DNA of 64,000 bases from positions 23,188,001-23,252,000 of the forward strand of contig CM120646.1 of assembly GCA_051362555.1 (NCBI GenBank), given 5' to 3'. This DNA is from Lingula anatina. Taxonomy: Eukaryota > Animalia > Brachiopoda. The position numbers and the translations under genes are program-made. Shown one piece after another: positions 27,601-39,106 of this stretch (position 1 is its first letter; every line of letters begins with the position of its first letter). Under the pieces are notes generated by a model. The model made no database searches, had not been told where the DNA came from, and saw nothing but the letters and a program-made list of their open reading frames with translations.

Positions 27601-30600
27601 TCAGAACACTCATACCCTGTTAAAGACGTACTCAATATACCACACGAACTCATCAGAAGCCCATCTCCCTCCTCAGCTAGAACAACATGGGTGCTAAATG
27701 TTTGCATACCTCTGTAGTCTGTTGGCCAGGAATGTTGTGGCTTGGCTGGAGAGCTGTTTGAACCCTGAGGATCACAGGTTGTTTCTTGGGTATTCCTTGA
27801 TTGAACAGTATAGAAAACTAACCTACATGACAGGGTACTTAATATATGATATATGCAAGCAGAAGCTTGTAGCTATTTTCCAGCTTTTTGTTTTAGCTGG
27901 TTACAAGAAGTAGAGCAGGTGTTGTTTCTTGCAAAAATTCTGAAAAATGTTTCTTGACAGTTAGCACCTTTTATGTTTTTGGCCCCAAGCATTGAATATT
28001 AGATTTGACGCATGTACTAAAATTCCCGACCCTTTGGTGCAATTTGCAAAATGGGACCTTGGTTTCCTTCCCAATTTTAAACAAGTTAAATACACAGGGA
28101 AATAATGTGAGAAACATAAAACACTTAAAAAAGCTAGAAAATTTTAGCTGGCTTCAACAAGTAAAATTGTATCCTCTATTTTAGGGTAAATTGAATAGCA
28201 CTTATCTAATACTATATAGTTGTGTGTGTTTAAGTTGTTACCCTTGTATATATAGTAGTATATTGTAGACTTTAAAACATACCAGCATACACTTAGTAGT
28301 AACTGGTGCATTCGCTACAATGTAAAACCCACTGATTGAAATCAACGGACAGTGACGTTGAGCTTTGTGGTGGTGTTTCAGAACCCCTGAACCCATAAGA
28401 ACAGAGTATTCTCAGGGAATTTGTATGTGAAAGAAAAGATGTATTAGATGGTCTGTGTTGCCTCCATTGTGTGGTGTACTAGTGAATCTCTTGCTTTCAA
28501 AAAGAAGTGAACAGCTCATGTGATGAGATGGTCTATACATTGTATGTTCAATCTTGGATTAAACATCAGTGGAAGCATACTTAAATATTTTACATTCTGC
28601 AAACTCTGCGAAACTGGTGACATTTTGATTTTTCAACATAAATACCTTTAACACCTGCTGCAAGTCAGTGATGAAACTGTTTCCTTAATCTTTCACCTTT
28701 GATTAACAAAACGTAGCTTGTTCCAATGATTAATTTACAAATTGTACAGGTTTTCAAAGTTTGGTATTGCTCTCAACATGTGACATGGCATTTACTAAGA
28801 TGTTTTAAAGATGAGTTAGTTTTTCTAAAAGAGGACAAGGAGAAATTTGACTCATAGACAAGATAAAAAATTATTCATGGTAATGTCATATCAGAAGAAG
28901 GTCAGACAAAGGACTCCATTGGGCACATTTATACTTAGAAGAAGATGAAAAGAAATTTATTTAAAACCTCACACCCCTCCCTTTCTATATTTAATGTTAA
29001 AACCCTGAGTTGTTTGTGTTGAACAGTAACATGTAAGTTGAGGCAGCAGATGCTGTGTGACTGTTGCCAATGTTTAGCTTATATATACATAAGAGATCTG
29101 GCTAAGATCAGCTTGGAGAGATTGGGTAACTGTCTCTTCAAGTAATATAAACCTGCTGGGCAGACATGCAATAGTTAATAGAGTGGATATCCTCTTACAC
29201 AGGTAGCTGCTTTGCTGATTTTATCTTCTTTTTGTGGGATTTTCTTAATATAATTGTTCCCAACACATCTGGGTTTCAAACATTTAAAATTGATGAAAAT
29301 AAAACTTTCCAAATTTAAAAAATAAAGGAATGTGGAAATTATAGAAGGAAAATTGAGGTTAGCATGTGTGGAATGAGCAGTATTTAGTCAGTAAGCTGAG
29401 TGTGAACAAAAATCTGGAGAGACAACAATTCTAATAGTGCTGTAAAAAGAGCAAAAACAGAGTTCAAAGCATCATGAGATTTGAACACTATTCCAAAGCC
29501 TCCAGGCAGAAAATTGAATCCAACTCAAGTGTACAGTGTGTAACAGAGCTGAACAGGAGAGAGAGAATGAGAGAGAGAGAGAGAGAAAGAATGAGAGAGG
29601 GGGGAACTGAGGGAGGTTAGAAAGAGGAAAGGGGGGGGGGCGCTTTGGAGGATGGGTCCACTGATACCCCTCTATGTCACTACCATATTACCTAACATGT
29701 ACCCTGAACATCACAGAGTGGTTTTGATCTCAGACCTCAATCTCAAGTATCTCAAACCCTCTAGTATTTGTCTGATCTGCAGGGGGATGGACTTGATATG
29801 AAGTGCCAGGTGAGAACTCTTATCCCGACAATTACTGTATAGGCTCCCAAACTGAATGTCTTGTGATTTCAGATTCAGCCATTCTTGTACCCTGTACAGA
29901 TGTTTTCAGGAGAATCAACTTTGATTACTCATAAAATTAATTTTCTTGTATAAAGTAAGTAGTTAGAGAGTTTACTATACATCTGTGTGCAGCAGGTAAA
30001 GCCTAGTTGTCTGTTTCATGGAAATGAGAGTGTGGCTGTAGTAGGGAAATCTTTGTGACTGATCTCTCTATACCCAGGATGCTGGGGACAAAGAAAAACT
30101 TATACCATTGTATTCTGTAACTGAACTCTTCAGTTGAAGTTTTTTTTTTGTTTAATTTTTTTTACCTCAAATGACAGGTCATGTGGCATACGTGCCTGTT
30201 CTGCTTGTCAAAAAGACAAAGGAAAATTTAAGTGATGATTTTATACTGTATACTACTTCCATATACTCTTTTTTTTACATCACATTCTCAAGGAATCTTA
30301 ATAATGGCAATGTGATCAGATTGTTGATGCTTGAAGGAAAATCTTTTGTTCTTTTAAGGAAAATTTATTTGTTAAACCATATGGTTAATAATATCTTAAA
30401 TTTTGAGAAAAGGGTTTTTCAAGGAAAAAAAAAAAAGACCAGAGGTATAGTAATAAGAAAATTAATTTATTCATAAGACATCCTGCTACGAGATACCTCC
30501 CCACACTGTGGTCACACCTGTCTTCAGAGGCCAGGACTGAGTCCCCAGTTCTAATTAGTAGGTATAACCAGCAGGGATTATATGTCGCACACTGCTGGCC

Positions 30601-32114
30601 CTGCTTCGGTGTTGTGGTAGCCACCATTGTTGTACTTGTGTCCAACAGAGAGCGGTGGCACAACAATATTATGGACTTTCCCCATAACGCTGTCATATTT
30701 TATTACTACACTTCTCCCCAACTGAGGGGCCTTGTACTGGAAGACTCATTTTATTTTATTGAAATCAGCTGACTTGATCTGCCCTGTTGTGATGATATTT
30801 CAAAAGCTTTGTTCCCAGTGTCACGGCTGATGGCGTTGTCTCATTTGTTTCCATGCTAAAAAGATTCTGAGGTCGTGTTGCTTTTACAAAAACAGTAAAA
30901 AATTTCCTCGGAGGGAAAATGGCCAATTCAGTGCACAGATGGTTAGATCTAAGCTTGTGTTTGTAGAAAACCTAGGGCTATAGTGCTGTGGCCCTTGATA
31001 TTTATGTGGCTACGGATCTTGATATCTCCGGCTTTTCTTCAGATCTCTTAAGTCCGTTGAGTGGCTTGTCTCCGTCTTTGTCCCATAAGACCTCAGGGTT
31101 CCCACTAAGAAGGAACAATGTCAACAAATATAGATACATTGTCAATATATGTAGATACAATGTCAATAAATGTATATACATTGTATCTAAGTACCACAGA
31201 GACCACACACTTGTGGCTGTGGCTGGGATTTGTAAGAAAGAGTGTGTGAGCCAGTCTGGGATTTTCCACCTGAACAAAGCTCTGTATTTACATAACAAAC
31301 CAGTGTCTAGTATGTAAATTATCACCTTATTAAAATATCTCAAGTTCTCCCTGTCAGCTCAGGTGTCCCGTGGACTGGGGGCACCCAGGGAGCAGGCATT
31401 GTTATCACATGAGTAGAGGGAGAGGTAATTAAGCTACTTAAGAGGACATTGGATTGAGTGTTGTAAGCAGTGTGAAGGGTGGTGGTCCCCATATTATCAA
31501 TCTTCGTGAGAAGTTATAAAACTATATATTGTGTTGATAGTTGAAGGGTCTGGATAGGCGAAGTAATATCCAGAAACTAGTATGTATATGTTATGAGTAC
31601 TTATTATTTTATTTATGACTGTGCTTGGTGTTGATTTGTTGTGTTATGGTTTGTGTGATTCTAGTTATATTTAATCTTACTTCCTGTAACTAATCACAAT
31701 CACTGCATTGATATTAAAGTTTGCCTGCTTTAATCTGACTTACTGAACAGTATAACACATGGTTGTCTCTACTCAGGCACCAATGCTACTTTAATATTAC
31801 ATTTTCTATTAATAAAAGGCAAATTTGGGACAACAATATTCAAGCAGCACTTTTCTTCCTTTATTTTATTTTATGTCATTCAGATGTTATTTATTCATAT
31901 TCAAATTAAAAAAAAGATATGAAAACTCAGCATAATTGTCTCTTCTTCTTCCAGTGGACACGACCAAGTCAGACATCCCCATAGAGGTGGTTGGGATCAT
32001 AGCAGGAGTGTGTGGAGGCGTCCTGTTAATTCTGGTCATCATTCTGATTGTGTGTTGCTGCAGAAAGAAGAAGGCAGGAGGTGAGTAGCTTCATGTGAAA
32101 AAGAATTATATATG

Positions 32115-32151
<37 letters not shown>

Positions 32152-35100
32152 TTGCGTGTAAAAATATTGTCTAACTTGAAACAGGAGTAGAACATGAATC
32201 TCATCTTACTGATGAAACGACTGCACTTTCAGTCCAACGTCTGAAATGTCATCCTGAGGCTGTGAAACAATGTGGCTATTTATTAGACATCTCTCTACAT
32301 ACAAGTACCATGTGAAACATAAGGCATATGAAAGTCTGTAGTATGGGATTAAAGCATTGATCTGCATGTACCAGTGCTGTAGTGCATTTACTGTTTTAGA
32401 CTTTGGCTTTGCCACAGGACTATCTTTGAAAAACATGCATCTTAAAACATAGTACACTAAATACTTTAGCTATCAGTAACACATTTATAAACCTTGAACA
32501 CACACACTTTCTAAACAGTATACCATAGTTTATCTTTCTCAACCAGACAACAAAACTCAACAAACACAAGCAATGAACAGCTTAGTGAACATGTTACACT
32601 GTTGCCAGGCAACTGCAGATCACCAAGACAACAGAAACATGTTCCCATCATCTACCAAGAGAAGGCTTAATTTGATATTAGTGATAGAAACCCTTAAGGC
32701 CTCTCAACAATATACAGGAGTGTGTCTCTTTGCTATTAGGGGCATTGCGTGTTACTGAAGACGTATGTTCGTTTTCATTTCCGCACATGATATTTCTTTC
32801 CTCTTAGACAAAATTACCTGGAGATTTTTATGGCAGGTGTATTGATTAAATGTTTATTCTATCTGAATTTTCATTATGAGGGATAAGAGAAGAATTGCTT
32901 GCCTGTATCAGTTTAAAATGCAATGTTGAGAAAAAATATTAACTGATGAATTATGGTTGAAAGTTGTTTCTGTTTCTATCATTTGATCTTGTAGTTGGAC
33001 AGCTTTTTGAGTTATGAATTGACTCATTGCATTTCCATGAATATGAATAACAGGCAATCTTTATATCCAAGTATTTTTACACAGCATAACACTCTAATGT
33101 TTTGTTCACAGTGTATTGAGTCATTTGATCTTGATTAGAATATAACACAGTGTACATATTGTAAAGAAAATTGACATTATGAAAGTATGCTCAACATCAC
33201 CACAGAGTCAACAGTCAGGCTGGATTAAATACAAAACCAAACATTGATCAAATTATCTCATTAATTGTAAGGTGAAACCCATTTAATCTCATGGTGAATA
33301 AAAAAGGACAGCCAATCACTGTACAATGTCTGATTCACAGCTATCCTAATTGAAGCAAGATGTGAACAAGCTACACATTTCAGTTTGTAAATAGTCACAG
33401 GCTCAACGTACAAGTAAAATTTATTAACAACATAGAAAAACCCCTATTTGAAACATTCCAGCCAAAACAATTTAGCTTATCTCAAAATATTTAGGCCTAT
33501 TTTAAAAAAAAGAGTTATTTTCCCACTCCCATAGTTATTTGATTTTTGTGCCCAATGAAACCAGACAACTTTGGCTGCAACAATCATTTCACACATCGTA
33601 CCTGTCACTTGAAATAAGTTGAAGTATTCATCATTATACATACGGGTGCTGTTTTAATCAAAATGTTAATGGCAAGTGATTGATCAGAAGAAACGACTGC
33701 TATTTCACACAAGGTTGCTGGAGTGATACGCTTGTAATCAGACATAAACTTTATCCACAGAACATGGAATTCCACGTTTTTTTAACTCAATTCTAAGGTG
33801 CCTCCCCCCCCCCCCAGGCGGTTAGGTGTTGATAAATGTTCAGAGTTTTTTTTTTTAAACCTGGGCTCATGTCTGTGTACAATATGTGCACTTTGTACCA
33901 TGAGCCTTTTCCAGTCTAAATAACTCAAAGCAGTTATTTGAGAATGAAATATAAGACACGTATTTGAATTTGAAGAAAACATCCGCCTGTAAAGATACAT
34001 GAAAACACAGGAGCATATATAGTGTGTCATATTACAACAAAATCCACATAATTCGCAATAATGTATGGAAACGAGTGACTTATGTGTCCTTTGTGTCCAG
34101 TATTAAGAGTGGAGGTTGGTCAGTAACGACCACAGTCACCTGGGGCACAAGACACACCTCTGTCTGTCACCTTTGGAATGGCTACCTTTAAGGGTTGAAT
34201 TATTTATACCATGAATGTCTTGAGAATGGTGCCACCCATGTGATGATGCTCTGATGACTTTTCCTTCAAATAGAATAAAATACCAGTTATCATAAGCAGT
34301 GCATTTGGATAATTAAGGTATTTCTTTAGGTTTGAGTTCTTTCACGTCCTATGCCATTTTGAAAAATTGGCGAGATGAAACTGTCTTTCCTTTGCAGCAA
34401 TTATATTATCCCTCTTTAAAAGGAAGGTTAAGGATGATGTAGAAAAGATAGTGTACCGCCAAGGGCAACATGTTTTCTGATATAATTACACAGAGAGATG
34501 GTAGTGTGCAGCCACTTTGACTGAGTTTTATTTTCATGCCAACACTGAACTCTAAAAATTAGATGCAACTATCTGTCACACCCGAAGGGCAAGAAAAAAC
34601 TTCAAAAGATCCTTTCCATACATTCACCCTGAATTAGCTCGCGCACCAGTAATTTTAGTGCACATGTTGTATTAAAACAAGGTTCGTTTTCTGTGTCTGT
34701 ACCTGAATTAGAACTTTCCCCTATAATTATGATAAAACCTGTTTTGGATATAAGCTCAGGTGAAAAAGTAAAGGAAATACCAGCACATAATCATGTAGAA
34801 ACACTTTCCAATTAACTTATGTTTACTCTTCAACAAACAAAGGTAATGGCTGCCGTGATGTAGAGGCACCTGGATAAACACCTGTGAAAGTTAATGTGGT
34901 GGGGGTTCAACAATGGAATACAATAGAAAGGTGTGACAAGATTGAACCCTGATTCCCTCAACACATACCAAGTCATTTCCAAAATATGTCATTATAATAT
35001 GTTAATTACCGTGGCACAGGTTCAGTTATTTAAACAAAATAAATGGCTTAAAAGCATTTTGTTGAACACAAAATCAAGACAAACTTGTTGAAAACCATGG

Positions 35101-36998
35101 GACAGGAAGTGCTAGTAGTAGAGGTCACTGAAACCAGAATGGCATTATTTAATGACTTACAGAAATAATAAAAATATAAAAAGAATATGAATGAAGCAGG
35201 CAACTTGGTTGACAATCTGTGATTAGTCACACTGATATCACAGGCAATATGTCATGTATAAATACCGATTGTGACAACAGTGGAGGAAAAATGAGTGTAT
35301 CATGTATGTTGTTAGTCATAGCCTTTTGTTCAGTGTTACCACTGTAATCAGTGATGTGTGAAATTATTATTTATTATAATAGCCATATCACCCTCTGAGG
35401 AAATGATTGTGGTTAGACAGTGAAATATGCGGATGATTGGGATTTGAGTTAGATTGTGAATTTTGTAAAAAAAAATAGAACAATAAATAAAAAGTAGTTT
35501 TTAAAGAAAAGAGGTGCAAATATTTTTAACAAATGATGATAAAGTGACCTATTTGAATTATTATGACCTTGAAATTGTGATTTAATTAGTTTTATTATTA
35601 TTTTACAGAAAAGGGACCTTTGGAGAATGAAAAGTAAGTACTTTTCCCTCATGACAATATCTAACATAAAAAGTCTAATATAAGAGAAGACAACATCAAT
35701 GATTTAAATTGAGTATGCACAATTCCATATACAACTTTGAATTCTAAAATGAATATTTAATAGTAAGTTACTATTGTTTCAAACTTTTACTTTAACATTA
35801 CATGACTTAAATGCATGGAATCTATTAAATTGGCATCAAATACACCATTAACTTAACATTCCTGTTCTGAATAAGTATATTTACCTAATTTCTTTTTATT
35901 CACAGCCGTGGACCTAGGCCTCAGTTTGATCACCATCCACCATCTTATGTCAGTGGTGGAGGCTTTGATAACCCTGCTGTTGACCGTTCTCTGGACGTAG
36001 TGGACTTTGATGACCCAGCCTCCACTGGTGTCTTTGCCACTCACACCTCTGGGATGAATGGAAGTAAGTGGAGCAGGATTGTGTTTGCTGAGATTGTGTC
36101 TGGTTGAGACATGTCTTAGTGCAATATGTACTGGCACTGACTAATAATTTATATTGGTTATAGCTAGATGACTTTCTCTTTGCCCGGTGTTGATTTCTTA
36201 TACCAAAACCAATAAACAGTTTGGAAACAAAGAAATATTATGATTAAGTTGAATCTCATGTGTTAATAAAGTATTAAATATTTAAAAAGACATTCTGCAA
36301 AGTATGTGAAAGATTTTTGGTCATTTTACACCTGAGCGACCTTGCACTAACCCCATGTCCTCGTTTCAGACGTCCAGTATGGGTCGCTAGATAGAAACAA
36401 AATGAGGCCAGCTAACGGACACGTGAACCATGGCAACCACTCTCCAGACTGGCAGAAGCCGCCCCCGTATACCCCCGACACCTCCTATGAAGTACAGAAT
36501 GCTTTTAATAATGGCTTGGATGAACATGAGATGAACAGGAGAAATATGGAAAGATCAGGTATGTGATTATAACTGGCTAATTGTCTTTTAAAAAATAAAA
36601 CATTCACTTGTAGGTAGTGCTGTCAAGTGAAAAGATAGGTCCTCATATTAAATTACATAAGATTGGCCATATATAAAGTGATGTATTTCCAATGTAAAAA
36701 ACATTTTGTAGAGTAAAATGTGTATTGATTGTATCCTATTTACTTTCAGTACCAATTACTTCATAGTTAAACCAGAGGCATATATGATGATACATATTAT
36801 AATATCTGTATTGTTCTTTTGGCAGGTCATCCATATTACAACATGCAGAACATGCCAAACAAGTCCCCTCTCATCCATCCGGGCATGAATGGCATACAGA
36901 AGCCGGACGGCATGTCTGTGAGGAGCGGCCATGAAAGTGGATATTCAACGCCAGATCCAAATAAACCTAAAAAGGTCATATATGAAGTCATTGTATAA
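5485..36998 (+). CDS. Echinoid/Fred-like Ig-superfamily cell adhesion receptor (7 Ig, 2 FN3-like, TM, PDZ-binding tail); 18 coding exons, 3441 nt, 1146 aa
   Basis: All exons below have GT/AG boundaries with compatible phases and join into one open frame; domain count and the C-terminus ESGYSTPDPNKPKKVIYEVIV resemble Drosophila Echinoid (ends EIIV) as I recall it. Confidence 0.85.
6545..6801. mobile_element. Fully palindromic MITE, PIF/Harbinger (Tourist-like), 257 bp
   Basis: Arms ggcttcgttcacatgcaatgtc... / ...gacattgcatgtgaatgaagcc are inverted over nearly the whole length; TTA target duplication at 6542-6544 and 6802-6804. Confidence 0.9.
12143..12454 (+). CDS. Echinoid-like exon 2: Ig2
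   Basis: FNCSSFGGNPPPTISWFR...ADNGKEFACRVSN; polypyrimidine AG acceptor, gtgagt donor, phase 1-1. Confidence 0.9.
12801..12938 (+). CDS. Echinoid-like exon 3: Ig3 N-half
   Basis: FAPVVNFGPYNPLILREGATEQVACTVEANPEVTSVEWLINGVSIG; ttctag| and |gtaagt. Confidence 0.85.
13355..13471 (+). CDS. Echinoid-like exon 4: Ig3 C-half
   Basis: NTRPVRLLDPVRLTDRGQHTCIARNIIGSSNATLTLDVQ; ttctag| and |gtgagt. Confidence 0.85.
13701..13988 (+). CDS. Echinoid-like exon 5: Ig4
   Basis: VNLTCSVRANPP..W..AGMYRCTAKN; tttcag| and |gtaagt. Confidence 0.9.
14260..14520 (+). CDS. Echinoid-like exon 6: Ig5
   Basis: INLKCTVGDKGIPEAQLFW...DDNGSYRCTPKNKLG; tatcag| and |gtgagt. Confidence 0.9.
14693..14923 (+). CDS. Echinoid-like exon 7: Ig6 N-part
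   Basis: LACRARGKPAPNIEWLKNG...NVTGYLEFR; tttcag| and |gtaggg. Confidence 0.85.
15201..15326 (+). CDS. Echinoid-like exon 8: Ig6 C-part
   Basis: IQVDDTANYTCLGSN...SVELLVR; gtccag| and |gtaagt. Confidence 0.85.
15606..15896 (+). CDS. Echinoid-like exon 9: Ig7
   Basis: ASLVCQSQAYPAVTFRW...STLTI..DLGNYSCIATNPVG; ctacag| and |gtaagt. Confidence 0.9.
16111..16287 (+). CDS. Echinoid-like exon 10: FN3 N-part
   Basis: QPDAPTNLRVRENTWDSVLLEWTPGFNGGYDQTF; taccag| and |gtaagt. Confidence 0.9.
16550..16645 (+). CDS. Echinoid-like exon 11: FN3 C-part
   Basis: GLFPDTSYTFQVYGKNALKAGDYS..VRT; ttccag| and |gtgaga. Confidence 0.9.
16927..17208 (+). CDS. Echinoid-like exon 12: membrane-proximal divergent FN3-like domain
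   Basis: YCIRVEIEK...W....C...LRVALCLTSRPEVCG; tttcag| and |gtgagt, phase 1-1. Confidence 0.8.
17668..17688 (+). CDS. Candidate 21-nt frame-preserving microexon (VLTPPPS)
   Basis: Long T-rich tract then tttgtag|, strong CAG|gtaaga donor, phase 1-1. Confidence 0.6.
22922..22962. repeat. (GA)n microsatellite
   Basis: Direct reading. Confidence 0.95.
23336..23378 (+). CDS. Candidate alternative first coding exon (METTETVNTTSGSE) of a short echinoid-like isoform
   Basis: agaATGg start context, AAG|gtaaga donor in phase 1 matching the TM exon at 31955. Confidence 0.5.
24657..24695. repeat. (CT)n microsatellite
   Basis: Direct reading. Confidence 0.95.
26601..26907 (+). other. Candidate alternative first exon whose last A forms ATG with the TM exon
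   Basis: Inr-like TCAGTT at 26599-26604, donor ccaaaa|gtaagt at 26908; the junction reads aaaA|TGGACACG in frame; 5' boundary is a guess. Confidence 0.4.
31955..32080 (+). CDS. Echinoid-like TM exon
   Basis: VDTTKSDIPIEVVGIIAGVCGGVLLILVIILIVCCCRKKKAG; hydrophobic span followed by CCC and a basic stop-transfer; ttccag| and |gtgagt. Confidence 0.9.
32117..32150. repeat. (TG)n microsatellite just downstream of the TM-exon donor
   Basis: Direct reading. Confidence 0.95.
35609..35633 (+). CDS. Echinoid-like 25-nt cytoplasmic microexon (EKGPLENEN)
   Basis: ttttacag| and |gtaagt; converts phase 1 to phase 2, which is needed to join the TM exon to 35906. Confidence 0.8.
35906..36063 (+). CDS. Echinoid-like cytoplasmic exon
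   Basis: RGPRPQFDHHPPSYVSGGGFDNPAVDRSLD...; tcacag| and |gtaagt, phase 2-1. Confidence 0.85.
36370..36558 (+). CDS. Echinoid-like cytoplasmic exon with PPPY motif
   Basis: NVQYGSLDR...WQKPPPYTPDTSYE...; tttcag| and |gtatgt. Confidence 0.85.
36826..36998 (+). CDS. Echinoid-like last coding exon with PDZ-binding C-terminus
   Basis: GHPYYNM...ESGYSTPDPNKPKKVIYEVIV-TAA. Confidence 0.9.
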
Positions 36999-38767
36999 CG
37001 TCCACACTGCTGTTGTTGTCAACCTCATCATCTTCATTAAGTGCCATCTACCATTGTGGTTATTGTTATCCACTTCATTGCCATGGTAACTGTATCATAT
37101 CACCATGGTGACCGTTGTCGTGACTTTTGTTGCCTCGGCAATTGTTATTGTTACTACAGTGAATACTGTAAAATCTGATGACCAAGAGATCTTGAGATCT
37201 CTACAATCTCAGTGCCTGAAAGTTGTATGAAATGTGTCATACCTTTTCTGTATTCTTTCTACATACTACAGTCAGTTCAGTGTTGCATACAAGCTCATTG
37301 TGGTTACTATGGCTACTGTAACCAAAGACAACCAGCATGTCTGTGTATTCTTCACACTGTTGCATGTTGATGTTGTAAACAAAATGATTTTTTTTTCTGG
37401 AAAAATTCCAGATGTTTTTTTGCCACTGAATATTTGACTGCTATTTTGACAGTTCCAAACTCTGACATTGTCAGATATTTTACTGTATATTCTCATCAAA
37501 AGGACAATTATTAAGAATAGTAACTGTATTAAGAAAGAAAATATGTACTATGACACATCAGTACAGATGGCTCAAGATGTACTGGAGTAAAAGCGTGCCA
37601 CAGAATTCAGCACATATTTTTTTCTTCACAAATGAAAGTGATGGTCAACAGAGAGAGCTGAAAAATTAAAGGAACATTATGTCCAGTTGAGGAGAGAGAG
37701 AGTTAAGGAAAACATATGATCAGTGACAAGTTAAAGTATTCCTGACTGACAGTTATATTCAACATTCTATATTTGAAACTCAACTATGTATTATAATGGC
37801 CTTAAAGGTGTACATGTTTGTACTATTAATGTTACTGCCAATATGATTTTGTAAGTGTATATAAATGTATATTTTGTTTGTATATTCTTATCATTGAAGG
37901 AGAGTAGGATATATATTATAAGTTTTTAGTGTAGATTATTATTTGTGGTTTTACATTGCACATATTTTGAACTGAATGGTTGCTGTCACTATTTACTTGA
38001 AGGATTGTCTTCCAATTTCCTGCTTAAGCAGGATCGCTTTTTTTAAATGAATTACCTGGCCAATGTTTAATATGATGAAAATTATTTAACTTCAGAATAG
38101 TGGTATATTATGACTTGTGGAAGCTGAGACTCTGAGTTTATACCAAGTGAAAATGTCTCTTATAGGTTTGACTTGAAATGATGGTGCTTTATATAGTGTC
38201 ACTTACTTCCCCAAGGTTTTAAACCTGAGAATTTTTACTTGTTTATCATCAGTCCTTAGAGCTCTAGAGAAGATAGGACCAAATCATCCTGATATTTCTG
38301 ACTGAAAAGTTGGCATTTGCTAGTGGCTTGACATAGATAAATGAACTTATGGTGCTATGAGGACTATTAAATGAGAAATTAAACCTAATTCATAGATATA
38401 TTGCTTGGTCCTGAAAGATTTGACTTCTGTTCTTATTTGCTATTGTGACACAACCACAAAACAAAGTGTCTGGCTCGAAAAATTATTTGTTTTTATAAAT
38501 TATGTGGCAGGCAGTGTTTTTAATGATCTCAATTCATTGTGAAGTCAGAAGTCACTGAGCACCATTTAAGACGGTCCCTCCTATAACTAACTGTAGAAAC
38601 AAAACGAAGTCCCTTTACTGTTTGAGATTATAGTAGGTTAAAGGTAATGTTTTAGTGTTATCTTACCATATCTGACTTTTATACAATTGTATGGCTTGCA
38701 GCAAGCACTATTTTCGTAAATTTAGGTATGAGCCTATGATATATCTAATAACATTATTTTAGATGCT

Positions 38768-38850
38768 AAGTAACGATAAGGTTAATGGTGTCGTTTTATA
38801 AATGACAAAGTAACGATAAGGTTAAAGGTGTCGTTTTATAAGTGACAAAG
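38768..38850. repeat. Two-copy 40-bp tandem duplication in the presumed 3' UTR
   Basis: aagtaacgataaggttaa(t/a)ggtgtcgttttataa(a/g)tgaca x2. Confidence 0.85.
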
Positions 38851-39100
38851 GAGAACACTGTTGACCTTGGTGTAAGACGAAGGAAGACATTCCAATAATG
38901 TGACAGTAATGATCTGTCACTGAAGAAATGATTTGTTTTACAACAAGTCTAATGCTGCTGTAGAAGTAGAATATTTTGCTAGTTTAGAGCCGGCCATGAC
39001 GTCACCTACCCCACCACGTGCACTCGTCTATATAGTTGTGAAGTGTTTAATACATCTTGTGTCAAGTCACCACGCGTTTGTATGAACAGAAAGTTTTATA

Positions 39101-39106
39101 AATAAA
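39101..39106 (+). terminator. Candidate polyadenylation signal of the canonical echinoid-like mRNA
   Basis: AATAAA followed by GT-rich sequence about 2.1 kb after the stop codon. Confidence 0.4.

Noticed and set aside
29783-29809. 27-nt AG/GT-bounded segment in the long intron
   Set aside because: Has a stop in the required phase 1, and its ATG AAG TGC CAG frame ends in phase 0
18101-31343. Numerous 60-130 aa intronic ORFs
   Set aside because: Low-complexity AT-rich translations without motifs or compatible splice sites
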